Positions 18,861 through 27,289 are shown, counted from the first letter of the stretch. The stretch: DNA of 43,308 bases from Candidatus Aenigmatarchaeota archaeon (GCA_041489155.1 JBGPQP010000010.1:1-43308), one strand, 5' to 3'. Program-made: numbers and translations. The notes: a model not told the origin generated them from the sequence alone.

Positions 18861-18902
18861 ACCGAAATCTTTAAATACTTCTTAATGTATAAGATTATAC
18901 AT
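18861..18902 (+). promoter_or_regulatory. BRE/TATA promoter (CCGAAA..TTTAAATA) with perfect palindromic operator ATGTATAA-GA-TTATACAT
   Basis: TATA at 18870-18877; 8-bp inverted repeat at 18885-18902 across the expected transcription start. Confidence 0.65.
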
Positions 18903-18973
18903 CACAATATCAAACAAAGACACCAAAATGTAATAGTTATGATATTAGGCATACGAGTCCCTGAGGAGAGCGC

Positions 18974-19201
18974 ATGAAACGCGACCCGCTGGAAATAATG
19001 AAGGAAATACTCGCCATCCTCGAGAAGCAGAGGAACGAGGCGCTCAGCCTCAACGCAATTTCCGAGAAGACCGGGATTCACAATGTCACGGTGCGGCGTT
19101 ACGTCAAGATAATCCAGATGGTCAGGAACGAGCCGGAAATCGAGGTCATCAGGACTGGCCATTCAATCATAGTCAGGATAAAAAAGGAGAGAAGGGAATA
19201 A
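18974..19201 (+). CDS. Small winged-helix transcriptional regulator
   Basis: EILAIL...LSLNAISEKTGIHNVTVRRYV HTH followed by a beta wing; GAGGAG SD. Confidence 0.8.
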   Translation: MKRDPLEIMKEILAILEKQRNEALSLNAISEKTGIHNVTVRRYVKIIQMVRNEPEIEVIRTGHSIIVRIKKERRE

Positions 19202-19203
19202 GA

Positions 19204-19350
19204 ATGCCTGATGGCGTGATTGATGGAATGATGTTTTATTTGTGTAGGGATGTGGAATTTATGGCATTTACAGAACGAGAAAGGAGGCCGTTCCCGCTCA
19301 GGCCGGAGCCGACAATCCTTGGCCTGTCAGTGGAGGACATTCTGCTATGA
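19204..19350 (+). CDS. Possible small ORF (48 aa from 19204 or 29 aa from 19261) between HTH gene and cdc48
   Basis: Open frame starting 2 nt after the HTH stop and ending ...MAFTERERRPFPLRPEPTILGLSVEDILL*. Confidence 0.3.
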   Translation: MPDGVIDGMMFYLCRDVEFMAFTERERRPFPLRPEPTILGLSVEDILL

Positions 19351-19452
19351 GCCGCGAAAAGGATTCGAGACCTAAGGGAAGGAGACGCAGATGAATCATG
19401 ATGTTTTAACCAGACCGGCGAATAGGCTGGCAAGAGTGGAGGAGGAATTATT

Positions 19453-21759
19453 ATGGCAGAAAAAAGCATGAGGGACGTTGACATAAGGATAGGAGAACTG
19501 ACGAGCAGGGACGAGTCCGGAAGGGGGATCGTCAGGATAGACACGAGAACCATGAGCTCGATGGGCATACGCGAAGGCGATGTCGTGGAGCTCGCGGGGA
19601 AGAAGAAGACCGGCGCTATTGCAATCCGCGCTTATCCTTCGGACGTCGGCCTTAACATCGCACGCATGGACGGCATCATGAGGATGAACGTTGGTGTGGG
19701 CGTTGGCGAAACCGTGAAAATGAGGAAAGCGGACTTAAAGGACGCCAAGAGGGTCGTCCTCGCGCCGGCCCAGAAGGGCGAAGTTATGCAGGTCCACCCC
19801 GATCTGCTGAGACGCAACCTTTTCATGCGCCCTGTTCTCAAGGGTGACGTAATTTCGCCGTTCCCGGTCGTCAGGCAGCAGAGGGAAATCAACCCTTTCG
19901 AGGAAATGTTCAGGAGCCTCGGCATCGACGTCGAGGGCCTGGGGGATTTTGGCTTCACCCCGATTCCCGGGGAAACGAAGCTTGCCGTGGTTTCAACCAT
20001 TCCCGAGGGCATAGTCAGGATAAACGAAGGCACGCAGATTGAAGTGAGGAAGGAAGCAGTCGACATCGAAGCGATGAAGACGCCAGGCATAAGCTACGAG
20101 GACATCGGAGGCCTGCAGAGCACGCTTGAAAAGATAAGGGAAATGGTCGAGCTGCCGATGCGTCATCCCGAGCTTTTCACAAGCCTGGGCATCGACCCGC
20201 CGAAAGGCGTATTGCTTTACGGCCCGCCGGGCACCGGCAAGACTTTGCTGGCGAAAGCGGTTGCGACGGAGAGCGGGGCGAGCTTCTATTCCATCGCCGG
20301 CCCTGAAATAATGAGCAAGTGGTACGGCCAGACCGAAGAGAATCTCAGGAAGATTTTCGAAGATGCAGAGAAGAACGCGCCTTCCATAATCTTCATCGAC
20401 GAAATCGACGCCATCGCTCCCAAGAGAGAAGAAGTGACGGGCGAAGTCGAGAAACGCACGGTTTCCCAGCTGCTCGCAATAATGGACGGCCTCAAGGCGA
20501 GGGGGCAGGTCATCGTGATCGCGGCGACCAACAGGGAGAACGCGCTCGACCCGGCGCTGAGGAGGCCGGGAAGGTTCGACCGCGAGATAGAAATAGGCGT
20601 GCCCGACAGGAAGGGCAGGAAGGAGATTCTTCAAATACACACGAGGAACATGCCGCTGGAAAAGGACGTGGACCTCGACTGGCTCGCCGACATCACATAT
20701 GGCTTCGTCGGAGCCGATCTCGAAGCGCTCGCGAAAGAAGCGGCCATGTCAACGCTGAGAAGGGCCCTGCCGCAGATTTCATGGAAGAAAGAAGATGAAC
20801 TCCCTGCCGACATTGTCAAGAAGCTGAAAGTCGGAAAGAAGGATTTCGAAAACGCGCTGAAGATGGTCGAGCCGTCGGGCATGCGCGAGGTGATGATAGA
20901 GATCCCGAACGTCAAATGGAACGACGTAGGAGGTCTCGAAGGCGTTAAGCAGTCGCTCAAGGAAACGGTCGAGTGGCCGCTGAAGAACCCGCAGGCATTC
21001 GAGAGGATCGGCGTGAAGCCGCCGAAAGGCCTTCTGCTTTACGGCCCGCCGGGCACCGGCAAGACGCTGCTCGCGAAGGCAATCGCTAACGAGAGCGGGG
21101 CGAACTTCATCGCCATACGCGGGCCTGAAATCCTAAGCAAATGGGTAGGAGAAAGCGAGAAGCACATACGCGAGATTTTCAAGCGCGCCAAGCAGGTCGC
21201 GCCAAGCATCGTGTTCTTCGACGAGATGGACGCGCTCGTGCCGAAGAGAGGCATGGACTTCGGGACAAGGGTGACGGAAAACGTCGTATCGCAGATACTA
21301 ACGCAGATGTCGGGCATAGAGGACCTGCACAATGTCGTTGTCATAGGCGCGACCAACAGGCCGGACATACTCGACCCCGCGCTGCTGAGGCCCGGAAGGT
21401 TCGACAGGCAGATTCTTGTGCCAGCGCCCGACGAGAAGGCAAGGCTGGAGGTCCTCAAGATACACACGAAGAAGATGCCGCTGAAAGGCGTGGACCTGAA
21501 GAGGCTTGCGAAAGCGACGGAAGGCTACTCCGGAGCGGACCTTGAAGCGCTTGCCAGGGAAGCCGGCATCAACGCGCTCAGGGAGAACATAAACGCGAAG
21601 GAAGTCACCAAAAAGCATTTCGACTCCGCGCTGAAGAAGGTACATCCTTCGATAACTAACGACATGCTCAGGTATTACGAGAAGATAATCGAGGAATTCA
21701 AAACGAGAGGCATAGAGAAGAAGAAAAGCACGAAGGAAGACACGGACTACGTGGACTGA
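19453..21759 (+). CDS. cdc48: CDC48/VCP (VAT) AAA+ ATPase
   Basis: N-domain plus two AAA modules (GPPGTGKT twice, FIDEID / FFDEMD, RPGRFDR twice); GGAGGAGG SD. Confidence 0.97.
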   Translation: MAEKSMRDVDIRIGELTSRDESGRGIVRIDTRTMSSMGIREGDVVELAGKKKTGAIAIRAYPSDVGLNIARMDGIMRMNVGVGVGETVKMRKADLKDAKRVVLAPAQKGEVMQVHPDLLRRNLFMRPVLKGDVISPFPVVRQQREINPFEEMFRSLGIDVEGLGDFGFTPIPGETKLAVVSTIPEGIVRINEGTQIEVRKEAVDIEAMKTPGISYEDIGGLQSTLEKIREMVELPMRHPELFTSLGIDPPKGVLLYGPPGTGKTLLAKAVATESGASFYSIAGPEIMSKWYGQTEENLRKIFEDAEKNAPSIIFIDEIDAIAPKREEVTGEVEKRTVSQLLAIMDGLKARGQVIVIAATNRENALDPALRRPGRFDREIEIGVPDRKGRKEILQIHTRNMPLEKDVDLDWLADITYGFVGADLEALAKEAAMSTLRRALPQISWKKEDELPADIVKKLKVGKKDFENALKMVEPSGMREVMIEIPNVKWNDVGGLEGVKQSLKETVEWPLKNPQAFERIGVKPPKGLLLYGPPGTGKTLLAKAIANESGANFIAIRGPEILSKWVGESEKHIREIFKRAKQVAPSIVFFDEMDALVPKRGMDFGTRVTENVVSQILTQMSGIEDLHNVVVIGATNRPDILDPALLRPGRFDRQILVPAPDEKARLEVLKIHTKKMPLKGVDLKRLAKATEGYSGADLEALAREAGINALRENINAKEVTKKHFDSALKKVHPSITNDMLRYYEKIIEEFKTRGIEKKKSTKEDTDYVD

Positions 21760-21771
21760 GACTCAACGCCA

Positions 21772-21807
21772 GGATGAGCCGGGTTCCTCCTGACCTGGTT
21801 CTCATCC
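21772..21807. other. Stable hairpin just downstream of cdc48 (possible terminator or processing signal)
   Basis: GGATGAG-CCGGGTT / GACCTGG-TT-CTCATCC pairing. Confidence 0.45.
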
Positions 21808-21861
21808 ATTATTCGCATGCAGCCTTAATGGCTTATAAGATTATTGCTGCAATTATTTATC

Positions 21862-22320
21862 ATGAGGCTGCTCTACAACCCGAAACACATCGGCAACAAG
21901 GTGCAGATGTGGAAAGGCTTCCTGCTGGGCAGCATGGTGACTTCTGCGCTGGTCTATTTCACGGTCACCAGTAGTGACGTCATTGTTTTCTGCGCAACGC
22001 TCGCGATGATAGTCGCTGGCGTCGGCCTTTTCATCAAGACCTGCACCAGCTGGACCGAACACACCTTCGCCTTCCAGAACCTCTTTTTCGCGGCGATAGG
22101 CGCAATCGTGTCGCTTATACTGAATGTCATGGGCATCCTCCCTGTCTACCTCGCGGTAATTCTGATACTCGTCCTCGTCACCTGGCTCCACAGATACAGG
22201 CTGAGAAGCAAGGGCGAAAAAGAAGGCAAAGGCAAGCAAGACGAGAACCTGATTCCGGCTGGCAGGAAAGAGATTAAAAAGGAAGAAAAACTGGACGAAA
22301 GGGACTTGCAGAGGCTTTAG
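21862..22320 (+). CDS. Hypothetical membrane protein (about 4 TM, charged tail)
   Basis: Four hydrophobic segments; ATG at 21862. Confidence 0.7.
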   Translation: MRLLYNPKHIGNKVQMWKGFLLGSMVTSALVYFTVTSSDVIVFCATLAMIVAGVGLFIKTCTSWTEHTFAFQNLFFAAIGAIVSLILNVMGILPVYLAVILILVLVTWLHRYRLRSKGEKEGKGKQDENLIPAGRKEIKKEEKLDERDLQRL

Positions 22321-22328
22321 GTCTTCTT

Positions 22329-22520
22329 TTAACCCTGCTTTGCAGGCATTTTCTTTTCAGTGTCCGCAGCCTGCGCCCATTTGAGGCCCTTCTCGCCGCG
22401 GCCCATCTTCCAGTTCTTCTGGCATTTGGAGCTGCAGAAGTACAAAAGCCTGCCGTCATTCCTGACGTACATCTTTCCGGTGCCTCTAAGCATGCTGGTC
22501 TTGCACATCGAACATTTCAT
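22329..22520 (-). CDS. rpl24e: 50S ribosomal protein L24e
   Basis: CSMC...GTGKMYVRNDG....FCSSKC.KN..MGR....KW. Confidence 0.95.
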   Translation of the reverse strand: MKCSMCKTSMLRGTGKMYVRNDGRLLYFCSSKCQKNWKMGRGEKGLKWAQAADTEKKMPAKQG

Positions 22521-22525
22521 ACGCT

Positions 22526-22726
22526 TCACCCGCTTGAAATCCTGCCTGCAGCATCCATTTCCGTGTCTTTCAAAAGTATTATGTCATTCTTTCTTATCGG
22601 CCCGGAGACGTTCCTCATGAGGACCTTGCCCTTGTCCCTGCCTTCAAGGACTTTGCATCTTATTCTTGTCACTCCTTTCACTCCGAGCTTCTCCATTACC
22701 TGTATGACTTCAGCAGTTACGACCAT
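22526..22726 (-). CDS. rps28e: 30S ribosomal protein S28e
   Basis: AEVIQV...G..G....CKVLEGRDKG....RNV.GP; conserved L7Ae-S28e-L24e order. Confidence 0.93.
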   Translation of the reverse strand: MVVTAEVIQVMEKLGVKGVTRIRCKVLEGRDKGKVLMRNVSGPIRKNDIILLKDTEMDAAGRISSG

Positions 22727-22746
22727 TCAAATCACTTTCCATGTCC

Positions 22747-23112
22747 TTATTTCTTCACGCCCTCGAATTTCCTCTTTATGTCATCGACGATTTTCTTGGA
22801 ATCGCCCATCTCTTCTATCGCAATGCTTGAAGTCCCGACGTCAAGCCCCGCCGCTTTCCCCAGCTCAAGCTTCGACGGCACTTCCACGCAAAGAACCTTC
22901 TTCTCGTTGCAGATGACGGGCAGATGCATGACGACTTCCTCAGGCACGACGTCAGAGGCCAGGATGACCATCTTTGCGAGGCCGCGCTCTATGCATTTCG
23001 TCGTTTCGTTGACGCCCTTTCTGAGCTTTCCCGTGTTGCTCGCTATTTCTATAGCTTCGTAAATCTTGTCACTGAGATCCTTCGAGATCTCGCTTTTCAC
23101 GAATTTTGCCAT
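22747..23112 (-). CDS. rpl7ae: 50S ribosomal protein L7Ae
   Basis: GKLRKGVNETTK.IERG.AK.V..A.DV.P.EVV.HLP..C.EK; ATG at 23112. Confidence 0.96.
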   Translation of the reverse strand: MAKFVKSEISKDLSDKIYEAIEIASNTGKLRKGVNETTKCIERGLAKMVILASDVVPEEVVMHLPVICNEKKVLCVEVPSKLELGKAAGLDVGTSSIAIEEMGDSKKIVDDIKRKFEGVKK

Positions 23113-23157
23113 ACATATCCCTCCTCGCCACTCGCAAGCGAATGGCTCAGTCATATA
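23113..23157 (-). promoter_or_regulatory. Kink-turn in the rpl7ae 5' UTR overlapping the Shine-Dalgarno sequence
   Basis: Minus strand reads CUGA-GCCAUUCG-CUUG-CGAGUGGC-GAG-GA-GG: 8-bp C-helix, 3-nt bulge, tandem G.A/A.G pairs. Confidence 0.75.
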
Positions 23158-23183
23158 TTGATAGAGTAATTAATGCTAAACAA

Positions 23184-23193
23184 TATTTAAATA
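23184..23193. promoter_or_regulatory. Bidirectional TATA box between the rpl7ae operon and the zinc-ribbon/aEF-1beta operon
   Basis: TATTTAAATA reads TTTAAATA on both strands, about 25-30 nt from both putative leaders. Confidence 0.55.
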
Positions 23194-23264
23194 TATCGCC
23201 TGCATATTATTGTAATTGCCCGGACGGCAGAACCAAGCGGCCGGGGCCGGGAACAGGTATCAGC

Positions 23265-23423
23265 ATGAAATGCACAAGCTGCGGAGTCAAGATAGAGAAC
23301 CAGAAGAACTGGGTGAAGTTCGACTGCCCTAACTGCGGCAAGGCGAAGATCGTAAGATGCGAGAAGTGCAGAAAGCTCGCCAACATTTACGAATGCCCGG
23401 GCTGCAAGTTCCAGGGGCCTTGA
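23265..23423 (+). CDS. Small double zinc-ribbon protein (DUF1610/HVO_2753-like)
   Basis: CTSCG..F.CPNCG...I.RCEKCRK....Y.CPGC.F.GP; conserved position upstream of aEF-1beta. Confidence 0.9.
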   Translation: MKCTSCGVKIENQKNWVKFDCPNCGKAKIVRCEKCRKLANIYECPGCKFQGP

Positions 23424-23438
23424 ATAAAGAGGGTTTTT

Positions 23439-23690
23439 ATGGGAGACGTAATAGTAGTTTTCAGGGTTATTCCGGAAGACATGAATCTTTTTGCAAGCGT
23501 CGGCAAGGAGCTCGAGAAGCTCAAGCCCCAGCGCCTTGAGGAAGAGCCGATAGCCTTCGGCATAAAGGCATGGAAGATGACCAAGATAATCCCCGACGCC
23601 GAGGGCGAGCTGCCGAAGCTCGAGGAAAAGCTCGCCAAGATAAAGGGCGTCCAGTCGGCTGATACGGTTGAGATCTCCAGAAGCCTGTAA
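23439..23690 (+). CDS. ef1b: Translation elongation factor 1-beta
   Basis: MGDV.V.FRV.PE ... EEPIAFGIKA ... I.GV.S......R. Confidence 0.93.
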   Translation: MGDVIVVFRVIPEDMNLFASVGKELEKLKPQRLEEEPIAFGIKAWKMTKIIPDAEGELPKLEEKLAKIKGVQSADTVEISRSL

Positions 23691-23757
23691 ATTCGTTTTT
23701 TCTGTTCCTGCCGCAGCAAAAAGCTGATTTTTAAACCCCTTCCGGCAAATATATTTT

Positions 23758-24675
23758 ATGGAATTGTTCAAAATCTCCGCGGCGATATTGTTCATTCTGA
23801 CAGTTAATTGTTTCATCTCGCCGGTTTATGCTCTAAACATTGATTACTATGGCATAGAAAGCCGCGTTCAGGAAGATACGACCGTTTTGAACTCCGTTAC
23901 GCTCACATTCAACACGAGCCTCGAGAAAGTTGACTACAGGCTCAGGTACAGGGCATACAACATAATTGTTGAATCAGCTTATGCGCCTGCGGACTGCGAG
24001 AATTACGTGACTGACACCACCCTGGTGTCCTGCAAATTCATAAACTACCAGAACTACGGCATGACGAGCGTGAAGATAAACTTCGAGGTAAGGGACATAG
24101 TCAAGAAAATCGACGAGGACTACGAGTTCGGCCATTTCGTCCCCATGGAAGAGAATTCGGACAGGTTCTTCAACATAATCTACCTGCCCCAGACGGCGGC
24201 CCTTGCGACCGAGGCCTCCAACGAATCCTTCTCGCCAAAGAACGGACAGACTATCAGCGACGGGAGGCACATAATGGTGTACTGGGACAGGCAGAACATA
24301 GAAAAGGGCGAGGACCTGTATTTCTCAGTGAACTACAAGATGCCGCAGGACAATGCAGTCGACGTGTGGGGCATAGGCCTCGCGGTCGTGATAGCGGTGC
24401 TAATCATAGCCTCGCTGGGTGTGTTCTACCTAAGAACGATGCGCAAGCAGGACTCGATGAAGGCACTGATGCCGCTGATGAAAAAGGACGAAAAAACAGT
24501 GATAGACATACTGAGCAAGCACGAAGGCTCGGTGAACCAGAGGCTGATCGTTCGCGAAAGCGATTTCTCCAAGGCGAAGGTCTCGCGCATAATAGCCGGC
24601 CTCAAGGAACGCGGGGTTGTCGGCGTGGAAAGCATGGGCAGGAGCAACAAGGTGACGCTGAAACTGAAAAGATAG
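23758..24675 (+). CDS. Single-pass membrane protein with extracellular domain and cytoplasmic C-terminal winged HTH
   Basis: Signal peptide and TM, then DEK.VI..L....G...Q..I......SKAKVSRI...L..RG......GR.N. Confidence 0.8.
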   Translation: MELFKISAAILFILTVNCFISPVYALNIDYYGIESRVQEDTTVLNSVTLTFNTSLEKVDYRLRYRAYNIIVESAYAPADCENYVTDTTLVSCKFINYQNYGMTSVKINFEVRDIVKKIDEDYEFGHFVPMEENSDRFFNIIYLPQTAALATEASNESFSPKNGQTISDGRHIMVYWDRQNIEKGEDLYFSVNYKMPQDNAVDVWGIGLAVVIAVLIIASLGVFYLRTMRKQDSMKALMPLMKKDEKTVIDILSKHEGSVNQRLIVRESDFSKAKVSRIIAGLKERGVVGVESMGRSNKVTLKLKR

Positions 24676-24697
24676 CCGGAAAATTCAAGGCGGGGTT

Positions 24698-25552
24698 CTA
24701 AACTTTTGACTGCTTTTCCTTCATGCTCTTTACCAGCTCGGAAAGCGAGCGTAGGGATTCGAGCATCGGCGACAGCGAATCGCGAAGCGCCTTCTCCATC
24801 GACTCCATCTTTCCGTTCATCTCGTCCATGTTCCTGGAGTAGCTGTCTATCTTCGATTCTATCCCCTTTACTTCCCCGCTCTTCTCCATCCTGATCCTGT
24901 TCAGCTCGTCGGAAATCGATTCGAGCTTTCTCGAGAACTGCTGGAACTGCGCGTCGACGGACTTGAAGCGGTCCTTCGTGTCCCTGAGCTTTTCGTCAAC
25001 TATGACTTCGGCGAGCTCTTCAATTTCCCTCCTGTCTACGCCGCCCCTCTGCTGCTGCCTTGCGACCGGGGCGGGCCTCCTCGGAGGTTCGAAGTAATCG
25101 CCTGATGGCATGTCCGGGAAATCTGGCCCTCTGGCCGGAGGTTCTACTTCCGGCGGAAGCGGCGGAAGGTCTGCATCCTCGTCTACGTCAGAGCCCGGGT
25201 AGCCAAGGTCCCTTGGCAGCTGGCTTCTGCCGGGGTAAGGCTCTTCGGCCGGTTCGGCAGCTTCGCCGTAATCGGCCTGCGGCTGCCTGCCGTAGAAATC
25301 GCCCGAGACCCTGCTACGAAGCGCTTCCTTCATTGCCTGATCGATTTCGCCTGTCGAATACCCTTCCCTTCTCAGCGTCCTTATTATGTCGGGTTCCGAG
25401 ACGCCGCGGGAAGCGAAGGCCCTTACCTCGTCAACTGGTACTATCCTCCTTTCGGGCGGTCTGGGCGGGCCTGACGGACCGAAACCGGGACCTTCCATCA
25501 TTTCCCCGCCTTCGCCTTTTTTCTTCTTCTTGCCTCCGAAAGGATTGAACAT
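24698..25552 (-). CDS. Hypothetical protein: helical N-domain, Pro-rich linker, C-terminal coiled coil
   Basis: Composition and heptad pattern; ATG at 25552 with GAGGGGTG SD. Confidence 0.75.
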   Translation of the reverse strand: MFNPFGGKKKKKGEGGEMMEGPGFGPSGPPRPPERRIVPVDEVRAFASRGVSEPDIIRTLRREGYSTGEIDQAMKEALRSRVSGDFYGRQPQADYGEAAEPAEEPYPGRSQLPRDLGYPGSDVDEDADLPPLPPEVEPPARGPDFPDMPSGDYFEPPRRPAPVARQQQRGGVDRREIEELAEVIVDEKLRDTKDRFKSVDAQFQQFSRKLESISDELNRIRMEKSGEVKGIESKIDSYSRNMDEMNGKMESMEKALRDSLSPMLESLRSLSELVKSMKEKQSKV

Positions 25553-25595
25553 AAGCACCCCTCTTTTATATTATTTGCCCCAGCACCTTAAAATA

Positions 25596-25994
25596 TTATT
25601 TTGACAGCCTTTCATCCACGAAGGTCTCCATCTCCTCTTTCGTCACGAAGCTCGACTTCAGCGGGTCGTATATGGAAACGAGCTGTTTGAGCTCATCGAC
25701 GTTCGTTTTCGTCGCGACCTGCTTGAGCTGGTTGATGATCTCCTTGTACGTGATCTCGATTTTCTCCACCCTTTCCTCGAGGGATGAGATTTTCATGTCG
25801 CGCTCAAGGAGCGATTTCTGCACGTTCTTGTTGTAGGAAACTAGGTTCTGCTCTATGGAGTTTATCCTGGAGTCGATGGTCTGCGTCCTCTGCTCTATGA
25901 CGCGGAGGCGCTGGACGTTCTCGTTCACGCGGTTTATAAGGTCGACCATTATCCTTTCCTGCTTGTCGGCCGGCGCCTTCCCGAAAACTGCCAT
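25596..25994 (-). CDS. Hypothetical coiled-coil protein
   Basis: Heptad-rich 132-aa ORF co-oriented with the downstream coiled-coil gene. Confidence 0.75.
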   Translation of the reverse strand: MAVFGKAPADKQERIMVDLINRVNENVQRLRVIEQRTQTIDSRINSIEQNLVSYNKNVQKSLLERDMKISSLEERVEKIEITYKEIINQLKQVATKTNVDELKQLVSIYDPLKSSFVTKEEMETFVDERLSK

Positions 25995-26054
25995 ATTTAA
26001 GATTATGGAAACTTGCTAATAAATCATTTTCAGGGCACGTGAAAAAGAAAAAGA

Positions 26055-26211
26055 TGCGGGAGCAGGGATTCGAACCCTGGAAGCTACTAAAGCACTAGGC
26101 ATTTCCATGGCGTTTCAGCCAATACCTGAACTTGGCCATACCTAAACTTGGCCATACCAGTCGAAGCGAACTTAGGTATTCTAGCCCCTTTGGCCGCTTG
26201 GGTACCCCCGC
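26055..26211 (-). tRNA. tRNA-Leu with introns at 30/31 and 37/38 and two alternative anticodon exons (TAG at 26141-26147; CAG at 26125-26131)
   Basis: Acceptor GCGGGGG/CTCCCGC-A73, T-arm CAGGG-TTCGAAT-CCCTG, long variable arm. 5' exon 26211-26181 and 3' exon 26100-26055; either micro-exon gives an 84-nt tRNA with a CTAGG/CCTAG anticodon stem. Confidence 0.88.
26122..26158. repeat. 16-bp tandem repeat (2 copies plus a partial) inside tRNA-Leu
   Basis: Minus strand GGTATGGCCAAGTTTA GGTATGGCCAAGTTCA GGTAT; the only difference is the anticodon wobble base. Confidence 0.95.
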
Positions 26212-26239
26212 GTTTTGGGTTTTATTTTTTAGTTTAAGC

Positions 26240-26260
26240 GAAACAGGCAAAGCCTGTTTC
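26240..26260. other. Perfect 9-bp inverted repeat between the zinc-finger gene and the tRNA-Leu promoter (terminator or operator)
   Basis: GAAACAGGC-AAA-GCCTGTTTC. Confidence 0.5.
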
Positions 26261-26268
26261 CTGCGCTG

Positions 26269-26430
26269 TCATACGCCCCACATTTTCCTGAGTTTCTGCT
26301 TTCGTGTCGTGTCCTCTTCATCCTCAAAGTGTAAGCCTCTGCACTTGGGGCACAGCATCCTGCCGTTCATGTTTTTCAGCTGCTTTGAAGGTTCTCCACA
26401 TTTATCGCAGTATTTTTCAAAGACTGGCAT
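26269..26430 (-). CDS. Small 53-aa zinc-finger protein (not in ORF track)
   Basis: MPVFEKYCDKCGEPSKQLKNMNGRMLCPKCRGLHF...WGV*; two CxxC; GTGA SD. Confidence 0.75.
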   Translation of the reverse strand: MPVFEKYCDKCGEPSKQLKNMNGRMLCPKCRGLHFEDEEDTTRKQKLRKMWGV

Positions 26431-26492
26431 TTGCTATCACTGTAAAATACATAGCACTTCCCAGTTTAAAAACTTATTCGCCGTTCTCGCTT

Positions 26493-27254
26493 TCAGAATC
26501 TTTTTGCGTTCCACTGGAAGAAATAGTCCGCCGCCGCTTTCGCATTCCTCGGTTCCATCTGCTTCAATACGAACAGGTATGCCAGCAGCATTTCGGGCAG
26601 GTTCGGGTTCAGCGCGTCCGTGCTGGGTATGCGCTGCTTTACAGAGTCGACAAATTTCGCGACATCGAAGATCTTCGCTTTCTTTAGCTGCATGATCTCG
26701 TTTATGTCTTCCTGCCTGAATTTAGCGGCGAGTATGCCCCTCGCCTTCCCTCTGGCGGCTGACCTGCCGAATAATGAGGCTTTCTTTTTCTCGTCGTAGT
26801 TGAAGGTGTCGACGTATCTGTGCTTGTGCCTGGGGAGCTTTTCAAGCTCGCTGAGGAAGGCATCGAAAACTTTGCTCGCATTTGCTGCCCTGATTTTGTC
26901 GAGCATCCTGATCAGCAAATCTCTCGTGAAGGTCCTGCCGCGGTAATCGTAGAAGAAATAATCCTTCTCCTTTAGCGTTTCCGTGCTCATCCTCGGGAAC
27001 TGCTTGCACGCGTGCGGCTTCGCCTCGTGACCGTGCCTTTTCTCGAGCTTGCACAGGTCGTCCCTGTCCAGAAAAATGCAGTCCCTGTCCTTCCCTTTCG
27101 TTCTCATCTTCAGGACAGGCTCGAACTCGAGGAAATATTTCGGGGAATAGCCGAAGGACACGATCGTCCTTATGTCTTCCTTGGCCAAGTCGATGTCCCA
27201 GCCCTGGCAGCATAGCCTGCAGTGGTCGCAGTTGTGCTCGCAGCTGAACCTCAT
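26493..27254 (-). CDS. YkgJ-family cysteine-cluster protein (CxxCxxCC)
   Basis: CDHCRLCC...CIFL....C......KP..C..FP; ATG at 27254 (the longer ORF runs into tRNA-Glu). Confidence 0.85.
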   Translation of the reverse strand: MRFSCEHNCDHCRLCCQGWDIDLAKEDIRTIVSFGYSPKYFLEFEPVLKMRTKGKDRDCIFLDRDDLCKLEKRHGHEAKPHACKQFPRMSTETLKEKDYFFYDYRGRTFTRDLLIRMLDKIRAANASKVFDAFLSELEKLPRHKHRYVDTFNYDEKKKASLFGRSAARGKARGILAAKFRQEDINEIMQLKKAKIFDVAKFVDSVKQRIPSTDALNPNLPEMLLAYLFVLKQMEPRNAKAAADYFFQWNAKRF

Positions 27255-27289
27255 GCTCTTATTTTGGCAGCTGGCTTTTAAAAATTGAG

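Noticed and set aside
21745..21759. HbYX proteasome-docking motif on Cdc48
   Set aside because: The C-terminus is DYVD, so Tyr is not penultimate.
21771..21807. C/D box sRNA (AGGATGA...CTGA)
   Set aside because: No C'/terminal D pair follows; a simple hairpin explains the sequence.
26101..26124. A third intron in tRNA-Leu using the TTCA/TGAA helix
   Set aside because: It would leave an 11-nt remainder with no BHB at 38/39, 39/40 or 40/41; a single 37/38 intron is more parsimonious.
26122..26158. Tandem 16-bp repeats as a CRISPR array or att-site scar
   Set aside because: No spacers, cas genes or integrase; the repeats are fully explained as BHB partner plus anticodon exon.
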